A stretch of DNA of 64,000 bases from assembly GCA_013265495.1 (NCBI GenBank), contig MU058259.1:52161-116160 (forward strand), read 5' to 3'. The notes beneath the pieces are model-generated. The model ran no database searches and had not been told where the DNA came from. It saw nothing but the letters and a program-made list of their open reading frames with translations. Position numbers and translations under genes: made by a program. The first letter of the stretch is position 1, and each line of letters begins with the position of its first letter. Shown here in pieces: positions 54,501-64,000 of the stretch. The DNA is from Vicugna vicugna (taxonomy: Eukaryota).

Positions 54501-56032
54501 GTTCTCTGAGTTTCCTGGATGTGGTTTAGTGTCTGTAATTAATTTTGGAAAATTCTCAATCATTATTACTTCAAATATTTCTTATGTTTCTTCCCCTCTT
54601 TCTACTCCATCTGACATTTCCATTATGCATATGTGACACTTTTGTAATTGTCCCATAGTTCTTGGATATTCTATTCTATCCTTTCATTTTTTTCTCTTTG
54701 TATTTCAGTTTTATAAGTTTCTATTTACATATCTTCAAGCTCATTGATTGCTTCCTCAGTTGTATTTAATCTGTTGCTGAGCCGATCAAAGGCATTCTTC
54801 GTTTCTGTTACAGTGTTTTGGATTTCCAGCGTTTCCTCTTGATGCCTAGAATTTCTGTCTCTCTGCTTACATTATCCATCTGCTTTTGCATGTTATCCAC
54901 TTTTCCATTAGAGCCCTTGGTATATTAATCACAGTTGTTTTAAATTCCCAGTCTAATCATTGTAAAATCTCTGCCATGTCTGAGTCTGGTTCTGATGCTT
55001 GGTTTGTATTTTCAGACTGTTTTTTGCCTTTTGGAATGCCTTGTAATATTTTTATAGAAAGCTAGTCACGATGTGATGGGTAAAGAAAACTGAGGTAAAC
55101 AGACCTCTAGTGTGAGGTTTTATTTTTTATTTGTCTAGGAGTTAGGCTGTGTTTACTGTTTGTTGTAGCTATAGGTGTCAGTGGTTAAAATTTCCTCTGA
55201 TGTCCATATTTTTGTAGCCCCTGTTGTCTTTGGTTTTCCATAGAGACTTCTTAAATAAGGTCTGAGTTGTGCAGTTCTCTCAGTTGTATTCCTGTATTAT
55301 TACACAGGAGCCCTACTGATGTGGTGGTAAGGTGTAGGGTATATTCTGTAATTCTATGATTAGGTCTTCATCTTTTAGTGAGCCTGAGCCTCCTACAAGT
55401 GCTTTTTATTCTCACCACCTGACCCTCTTCAACCTTAGGTGAGATAGGAAAGCTAGTGGAAGCTGGAGTTGGATGTTTCCCTTCTCCCAGGTCAGTTAGG
55501 CCCTAGTAAAACCCCAATTGGTAAAGCCCTGGCAAAATAGTTTTTTTCTTAAGGGTACACCTTGTTAAGAAGAACAGAATGCTGTAGGCATATTACAGAA
55601 TGGCCATGTTTCCCCTGTACCTGCTAGAAACATGAGAAAATTTCCCCCTAGTCTTAACTGTGAGAACCTGGTAGGGCTCCTGGAGATAAAACTCAGAAAA
55701 GTGTGGGCCTACCTTAAGGCTGGTGGTGGTTTTTGCTCCTGATGGTAAACTGTGATTATTTGTATATGTCCGTTTCTCTGTCCAAATTTGGGGGCATTGG
55801 TTTGCCCATGACCTCAGTTCTCTGCTAGATCTAAGAAGAGTTATTGATTTTCAGTTTCTTCAGCTTTTGTCTTATTTTGGAGTTGGGAGTGATGACTTCT
55901 AAGCTCCTTGTACGCTAGACCAGAAACCAGACTTTTACCATCCTTTCCAGTTGTGACAACCAAAAATGTCTCCAGAAATTGCCAAGTATCCTCTGGAGAG
56001 GAGTCAAAATCACCCTCAGTTGTAAATCATTG
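51571..56032. mobile_element. MER20 (hAT) split into 51571-51712 and 55939-56032 by three nested antisense L1 insertions
   Basis: MER20 left half GACATTTTGGA...TAGATGCCAGTAGCA and right half CAGTTGTGACAACCAAAAATGTCTCCAG. Old L1 at 51713-55930, middle L1 at ~51781-53713, inner L1 at 52105-52643. Confidence 0.85.
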
Positions 56033-56217
56033 CTATTATACTGTGCAGAACACTATGTATAATGATATTTAGTAATGTGTAATTATATATTTAATAAAAA
56101 TAGAATTAGGTGAATAAGACTTCCTGGAGACTTTGGTGGAAAAGAACACTGGTTTCTGTTGATGCTTGGCATGGCTGTGCTAGAGATTTGCTAATGCTTC
56201 TTAAAACCCATTACCTC

Positions 56218-57245
56218 ATACTTGCAAAAGATGAAACTGAGAAGGGCTTGATATCCAGAATATATAAACAGCTCATACAACTTAATAAGAAAAAAACAAA
56301 CAACCCAATCCAAAAATGGGCAGAAGACCTAAGCAAGGAATTCTCCAATGAAGACATACAAATGACCAATAGGCACATGAAAAAATGCTCAATATCACTA
56401 ATTATCAGAGAAATGCAAATCAAAACCATGATGAGGTATCACCTCACACCAGTCAGAATGGCCAAGATTCAAAAGTCCACAAATGATAAATACTGGAGAG
56501 GGTGTGGAGAAAAGGGAACCCTCCTGCACTGCTGGTGGGAATGTAGTTTGGTGCAGCCATTGTGCAAAACAGTATGGAGATTCCTCAAAAGACTGAAAAT
56601 AGACTTACCATATGACCCAGCAATCCCACTCCTGGGCATATATCCAGAAGGAACCCTACTTCAAAAAGACACCTGCACCCCAATGTTATCATAGCAGCTC
56701 ACAATAGCCAAGACAAGGAAACAACCTAAATGTCCACCAACAGATGACTGGATAAAGAAGCTTTGGTATATTTATACAATGGAATACTACTTAGCCATAA
56801 AAATGACAACATAATGCCATTTTCTGCAACACGGATGTCACTGGAGAATGTCATTCTAAGTGAAGTAAGCCAGAAAGAGAAAGAAAAATACCATAGGATA
56901 TCACTTATATGTGGAATCTAAAAAAAAAAAGACAAATAAACTTATATATAAAAAAGAAAAAGACTCAAAGACATAGAATACAGACTTGTGGTTGCCAGGA
57001 GGGAGGGGAGTGGGAAGGGATAAACTGGGAGTTCAAGATTTGCAGATACTGAGAGGTATATATAAAATAGATAAACAAGTTTATACTGTATAGCATAGGG
57101 AAATATATTCAGTATTTTGTAGTAGCTTATGGTGAAGAAGAATATGAAAATGAATGTATGTATATTCATGTATGACTGAAGAAGTTTGCTGTATACCAGA
57201 AATTGACACAGCTTTGTAAACTGACTGTAACTCAAAAAAAACACC
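56218..57245 (+). mobile_element. 5'-truncated L1 (ORF2 C-terminus, 3' UTR, A tail)
   Basis: [11 protein letters not shown]...[17 protein letters not shown]; ends GAAATTGACACAGCTTTGTAAACTGACTGTAACTC(A)n. Confidence 0.92.
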
Positions 57246-58147
57246 ACAAAACATTTCCTCTTCTGAAACACTCAGTTAACTTTTTTTTCTGCCCCCTTGC
57301 ACCTAGAAGGGGCCATGTGACTAACTGAAGAGGGGTGGAAGGGGTGCAGCTCATTTCTTGGTCCCTAAACCATCCCAGGTGATCTTACGTATTCTCTCAC
57401 TTTATTCATCAGCCAACCAAATTCAGAGGATCCCAAGCATATAAGGGATGATAGACTTATAAGGTAGAAGGAGCCTAGACCCCTGAATCACTGCTTGAAG
57501 AAAAGCCATCTGGCAGAGCCTCTCCACTAAAACACCTACATTGGATTTTGTGTGAATGAGAAATAATCTCTTTAGAATTTAGAATTAATTAATTGTTATA
57601 GCATAGTATAGCTTAACTTGAATAATTAAGAGGCTCAGAATATTTGATATTAAAGAATAGTGCAACTCTGGAAATTTGGAAGACTTGAGGAAATGTGGGG
57701 ACAGATATTTATGCATATTAGTTAACAAAATTCATTTATTCCCATTGCTTTAAAATGACATATTATAAATAATTCTAATTTCAAAAAACCATGTCAGCAA
57801 AATGATAAAGTCCTTCAACAGTCTTCAGTTCTTCAGAGTCTCCCTGAGGCCCCAGTGTCTCAACTAGACACCTGAGAGTCAAGGTAACTATAAGGTGGGC
57901 CCACTATACTTCCCCACAGTCTGGTTCTGATATGCTGACCTGTACATTCTTTTCCAAGGCAGAAGTCAGAAGAAATTTTCCATTTTGGTTGCTTTTCATA
58001 GAAGTTGAAGGATGAAATTACAGGGCTCATTCAGCCATATGCAGATAATAAAGCAAGTCAACTGAATGGCAGATATTAAAGGGAGGCCAAACATCCAGAT
58101 GTTTAATCCTTCCCATTAATTAGAATAAAAATCCTGTGGAATGTGAA

Positions 58148-58160
58148 GGGTCAGAGGTCA
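58148..58160 (+). promoter_or_regulatory. Consensus nuclear-receptor DR1 element GGGTCA-G-AGGTCA in apparently unique DNA
   Basis: Direct motif match only; no functional evidence. Confidence 0.35.
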
Positions 58161-59581
58161 GTGAGTTAAATTAATCCATAATTTTTCTTAGACTTCTTAA
58201 GAGAATTTGAAGTTGCTACCTTTAAAAATGCAAACTGCATCGCAGTATTTACATATTTTATGTGGGAAGTGGCAGGTTTTAATTTTAACTGCACACCACC
58301 TTCTCAGTTGTTCGCTGAACAGAGTAGAAACTAAGAAAATTAGATGGAGGGAAAAAAATGACGATAAAATGGGGGACTGAAATGAGTTTAAAGTTCAAAC
58401 AGAGTGCATTCCATAGCTGGCACATTCTATAATCCATGCACATTTGATCAGGAAAACTATATGGTCTCATAGTGTTTTTCACTGAGTAGACTCAAAGCAA
58501 GGAAAATTCATTCTAGAAGAAAAAAATAGATAGACTCATGGTATGCACAAAGAGAGAGCCCCAGGGTTTTAAGAATTTCTTCCAATCTGATATAAAACTC
58601 TTTAAGAAAAAAGAGGTTGATTTTATGCTTTGGCCTTCCTTGGTTTTGTGCTTTGGAATTGAACTCACCTTCTATTTAAATTGTGTGAAGGAATGTTAAA
58701 TGATAAATGACAGATAAATTAAAATTTTCAGCCATACCAAAAAGAAAGAAAGAAAGAATGAAAGAAAGAAAGAGAAAAAGCCTGAGAGGAAGGATATTCT
58801 TTTTCCTTTTTGTTCGTCAAGTTCTTCTTTGTGCAGCTTTATGAATTGAGCTGAGGACATATTCTTGGAAAAGCTACCTCATCATTTTAGAAAACACTTT
58901 CTTTAGGTCACATTTATAGACATTTGCCTTCTGCTTGCACCAGGCTCTTTGCCCTCTATCACCAGATTCTATGTTAGTCATAATAGGATAGGCTGTTCTG
59001 CAGTAACAAAACTGCCTTTCTGGGTAGAGTGAAAACTGCCCTTCTCTTTCTGTCAAGAGAATTTCAATCAATCCTGCTTTTGCTTTCAAAATGATGTTTT
59101 TTACCCCCTGCAGGCTTCAGGGTCTCAATTTAGACAGTAGTATCCGAACATCTTCTCTTTGCATTTCACCTTCAGTAGTCCTCAGCCAACCTGGATGTCC
59201 GTGACTGTCCAGATAAGCGTCAATACAAGAAAGTGCAGGAAAGAAAAACCCTAAGCTGTGCATTTTCAGTGATTATTCCTGTAACACTCTGCCTCAGTTC
59301 TTGGTGTACACTTGTAATTTTGTGACAGGCTTTTGAGTGCGGAGCACTCGGGCTCAGCCCTGTGTCCCCCTGGGCATGTGAACAGATGTTTGCAGGACTG
59401 GAGATTTTTTTAAGACTTTCACTAGGCATTCCCTTTTTGATCAAGGGTTCTTTCACAAGAGGCTCAAAGACACTCTCAGGGACAGCAAGGAGGCACTAAA
59501 GTTTGTCAAAAAATATGTCCAACCTGTGTATTAATGGCAGTGCCATTTTGTTTATAACTATTGGAATGCATTGGTTTTTTT

Positions 59582-62500
59582 AAAAAATTGAGGTGTAGTT
59601 GATGTACAATATTATGTAAGTTACAGGTGTACAACATAGTGATTCACCATTTTTAAAGGTTATACTCCATTTATATGGACAATTTCTTAGGAAGGTACAA
59701 TTTGCCAAGAATAAACCAGAAAGAAACAGATAATATGAATAGACCAATTACCAGTACTGAAATTGAATCAGTAATTAAAAACCTCCCAACAAACAAAAGT
59801 CCAGGATCAGATGGCTTTACAGGTGAATTCTACCAAACATTTAGAGAAGAGTTAACACCTATCCTTCTGAAACTATTCCAAAAATTTGCAGAGGAAGGAA
59901 CACTTGCAAACTTATTCTATGAGGCCATCATCACCCTGATACCAAAACCAGACAAGGATATCACACAAAAGAGAAAATTACAGGCTAATATCACTTATGA
60001 ATATAGACACAAAAATCCTCAACAAAATACTAGCAAATTGACTCCAACAGTGCATTGAAAGGATCATACATCATGATCAAGTTGGATTTATCCCAGGGAT
60101 GGAGGGATTTTTCAATATCCGCAAATCAATCAATGTGATACACCACATTAACAAATTGAAGAATAAAAACCATATGGTAATTTCAATAGATGCAGAAAAA
60201 GCTTTTGATAAAATTCAACATCCATTTATGATCAGAACTCTCCAGAAAGTTGGCATGATAGAACATACCTCAACATAAAAAAGGCCATAAATGACAAACC
60301 CGCAGCTAGCATCATACGTAATGGGGAAAAGCTGAAAACATTTCCTCTAAGATCAGGAACAAGACAAGGATGCCCACTTTCACTACTTTTATTCAGCATA
60401 GTTTTGGGAGTCTTAGCCCTAGCAATCAGAGAAGAATAAGAAATAAAAGGAATCCAAATTGAAAACAAAGAAGTAAAACTGTCATTGTTTTCAGATGACA
60501 TGATACTATACATAGAAAACCCTAAAGAAGTGACCAGAAAACTGCTAGAACTCATCAATGAATATGGTAAAGTTGCAGGACACAAAATTAATATACAGAA
60601 GTCAGTTGCATTTCTATACACTAACAGTGAAATAGCAGGAAGGGAAATTAAGGAAATGATACCATTTACCATCGCACTAAAAAAGAATAAAATACCTAGG
60701 AATAAACCTACCCAAGGAGGCAAAAGACCTGTATGCCAAAAACTATAAGACACTGATGAAGGAAATTGAAGATGACATAAACAAATGGAAAGATATACTG
60801 TGTTCTTGGATTGGAAGAATCAATATTGTTAAAATGGCCATACTGCCCAAGGCAATTTAAAGATTCAGTGCAGTCCCAATCAAATTACCAATGACATTCT
60901 TCACAGAGTTGGAACAAAAAAAAGTTAAAATTTGTAGAGAAACACAAAAGACCCCGAATAGCCAAAACAATCTTGAAAAAGAACAGAGCTGGGGGAATTA
61001 CGCTCCCTGACTTCAGACTACACTACAAAGCTACAGTAATCAGAACAGTATGGTACTGGCACAAAACCAGACACATAGATCAATGGAACAGGATAGACAG
61101 TCCAGAAATAAACCCACACATGTATGGTCAATTAATCTATGACAAAGGAGGCAAAAATATTCAATGGAGAAAAGACAATCTCTTCACTAAATGGTGCTGG
61201 GAAAACTGGACAGCTACATGTAAAAAACTGAAATTAGAACATTCTCTAACACCATGTACAAAAATAAACTCAAAATGGACTAAAGACCTAAATGTAAGAC
61301 CAGATACTATAAAACTCCTAGAGAAAATATAGGCAGAACACTCACAGACATACATTATAGCAGTATATTTTTTGAACCAGCTGCTGGAGTAATGGAAATA
61401 AAAGCAAAAATAAACAAATGGCATCTAATTAAACTTAAAAGCTTTTTCACAGCCAAGGATACCATCAGCAAAACAAAAAGACAACCTACAGAGTGGGAAA
61501 AAATATTTGCAAATGATGCAAATGACAAGGGACTAATTTCCAAAATACACAAACAGCTCCTACACCTTAATGTCAAGGAAACAAGCAACCCAATCCAAAA
61601 ATGGGCAGAAGACCTAAACAAGCAATTCTCCAGTGAAGACATACAAATGGCTAATAGGGACATGAAAAAATGCTCAGCATCACTAATCATCAGAGAAATG
61701 CAGGTCAAAACTACAATAAGATATCACCTCACACCAGCCAGAATGGCCATCATTGAAAAGTCTACAAATGATAGATGCTGGAGAGGATGTGGAGAAAAGG
61801 GAACCCTCTACACTGTTGGTAGGAATGTAGATTGGTGCAGCCACTATGGAGGACAGTATTGAGGTTCCTTAAAAAAATTGAAAATAGACTTACCATGTGA
61901 TCCAGCAGTCCTATTCCTGGGCATATATCCAGAGAAAAATAAAATTCAAAAAGACACATGCACCCTAGTGTTCATAGCAATACTATTTACAGTAGCCAAG
62001 ACATGTAAACAACTCAAATGTCTATCAACAGATGACTGGATAAAGAAGATGTGGTACACATATATAATGGAACACTACTCAACCATAAAAAAGAACAAAA
62101 TAATGCCATTTGCAGCAATATGGATGGACCTGAAGATCATCATTCTAAGTGAAGTGGGCCAGAAAGAGAAAGAAAAATGCCATATGACCTCATTAATATG
62201 AGGAATCTAAAAAAAAATGACACAAATGAACTGCTTATTATTTATAACTTAGATGATTGATTTCTTGAATACATGTAAGCACATTTGACTGTCCCTTATG
62301 ATTGGATTACCGCATTCTGTTGATTCTTATTTTGTAGTTGGCTTTATTCCTTTGATAATTATGTAAGTTTAAAAACCTAAAATTCTAATCTGTTCTTAGA
62401 AACAATGATCAGTAAACGTATGTAAACTAAAAAAAGTGCAGTATACTGTTTGTATTTACATGCAATATAATGTATATGTACAGTTTAACTGTAATAATTC

Positions 62501-63646
62501 TACCTAATAAAACTGAAAAAGGAAAAAAAAGAGATAGATAACCTGAAAAAAAGGTTATACTTCATTTATAGATGTTATAAAATATTGGCTTGTAGCTTAT
62601 TTATTTTATGCTTAATCCTCTACCCGTGTCTTGTCCCTTCCCCTTCCCTCTCCCCACTGTTAACCACTAGTTTGTTCTTTATGTCTGTATGTTTCCTTTT
62701 TGTTATATTCACTAGTTTATTTTACTTTTTACTTTACACATATAAGTAATATCATACAGTGTTTGTTTTCTCTGTCTAATTTATTTCCCTTGGCATAATA
62801 CCCTCCAAGTCCATCCATATTGCTGTAAATGGTAAAAGTTCATTCTTTTTTATGGCTGAGTGGTATTGCATTGTGTATGTATGTGTATGTATGTGTGTAT
62901 GTGTATGTATATATATATGTGTGTGTGTATATATATATATCTCACATCTTCTTTATTCATTCATCTGTTGATGGACACTTAGGTTGCTTCCATATCTTGG
63001 CAATTGTAAATAATGCTGCTATAAACATTGGAATGCATGTATCTTTTCAAATTAGTATTTTTGTTTCTTTTGGATATATACCCAGGAGTGGAATTGCTGG
63101 GTCATATAGTAGTTCTGTTTTTAGTTTTCTGAGAAATGTCCATACTGTTTTCCATAGTGGCTGCACCAAACTACATTCCCACCAATAGTGTATGAGAGTT
63201 CCCTTTTTTCCACATCCTCATCAACATTTGTTATTTCTGTTCTTTTTGATGATAGCCATTCTAACAGATGTGAAGTGTATCTCATGGTGGTTTTGATTTG
63301 CATTTTTTTGGTGATTAGCAATGTTGAGCATCTTTTCACATGCTGTTGGCCATCTGTATGTCTTCTTTGGAAAAATGTCTGTTCAGGTCTTCTGTCCATT
63401 TTTTAATTGGGTTTTTTTTATGTTGAGTTGTCTGAGCTGTTTATATATTTTGGATATTAACCCCTTATCAGTCATATCATTAGCAAATATTTTCTCCCAT
63501 TCAGTAGGGTGTCTTTTTGTTTTGTTGATGGTTTCCTTTGTGGTGTAAAAGCTTTTGAGTCTAATTAGGTCCCATTTGTTTGTTTTTGCTTTTAATTCCT
63601 TTGCTTTAGAAGTCAAATCAAAAAATATTGCTATGACTTATTCATT
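59582..63646 (-). mobile_element. Antisense 5'-truncated L1 (59582-59675 plus 62550-63646), interrupted by a sense L1
   Basis: The L1 3' end (AATTGAGGTGTAGTTGATGTACAAT) continues after the insert into 3' UTR and ORF2 C-terminus ([17 protein letters not shown]). Confidence 0.88.
59676..62549 (+). mobile_element. 5'-truncated L1: ~2.5 kb disrupted ORF2 (RT and C-terminal domains) with an atypical 3' end; 21-bp TSD
   Basis: [25 protein letters not shown] and QWNRI motifs, with stops and frameshifts. TSD AAAGGTTATACT(C/T)CATTTATA at 59655-59675 and 62550-62570. Confidence 0.93.
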
Positions 63647-64000
63647 TTAATGGCGACCCATTTTGTTTATAACTATTGGAATATATTGTTTTTTAAAATA
63701 GTGTAAACATTTTATATATAGGCAGGAAACTCAAATTAAATCTTTATATAGATGCAGGTGATCAAGGAAGGTGCCCAGACTCCTCAAGGCTTATCCAGAG
63801 TCTGGTACAAGGAAAAGAGGAATAGAGGGAGGGAGCAGGGAGAGAACAAAGGGGAGGGGGAGGAGGTGGCATGGCAGACCTTGGGGCATTCCCACGAATG
63901 TAGCTTTAGCAGGCCTGGGCTCAGATGTGGACACAAGGCCTTACCCCCAGGGTCCTAGTCACGGAGGTCAGGGAAGACCCAAGCTGCAACCACAAGCTTT

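Noticed and set aside
59675..62201. Functional reverse transcriptase gene
   Set aside because: L1 ORF2 is 5'-truncated (no endonuclease domain) and broken by stops and frameshifts.
20300..64000. Additional protein-coding genes among the many short ORFs
   Set aside because: They map to L1, LTR or MIR remnants or lack coherent splice-compatible coding signal. Small or non-coding exons cannot be excluded by eye.

Overview
Mammalian genomic DNA, most likely camelid (alpaca/llama/camel) judging from its tRNA-derived SINE and young L1 3' ends. Positions 955-14225 (+) hold the last six coding exons of a BEND2-type gene with two tandem BEN domains. They have canonical GT-AG sites, compatible phases and one open frame (348 aa from ATG 966). 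The GC-rich block at 1-934 is not a native promoter. It is the 5' UTR of a LINE-1 in antisense orientation whose 5' end lies only 20 nt upstream of a BEND2 splice acceptor. Read on the + strand, this UTR offers a YY1-like motif, a strong-Kozak ATG (274) and a phase-1 splice donor (340/341). These would splice in frame to BEND2, giving a predicted ORF0-like L1-BEND2 fusion of 374 aa. The remaining ~48 kb has no recognisable gene and is dense in repeats (L1, L2, CR1/L3, MIR, MaLR/ERV LTRs, hAT and Tigger DNA elements). It includes several nested insertions, some unusual retroposition products and two motif-dense candidate enhancers. Repeat family names come from recognition by eye, and boundaries are approximate unless a TSD is given.
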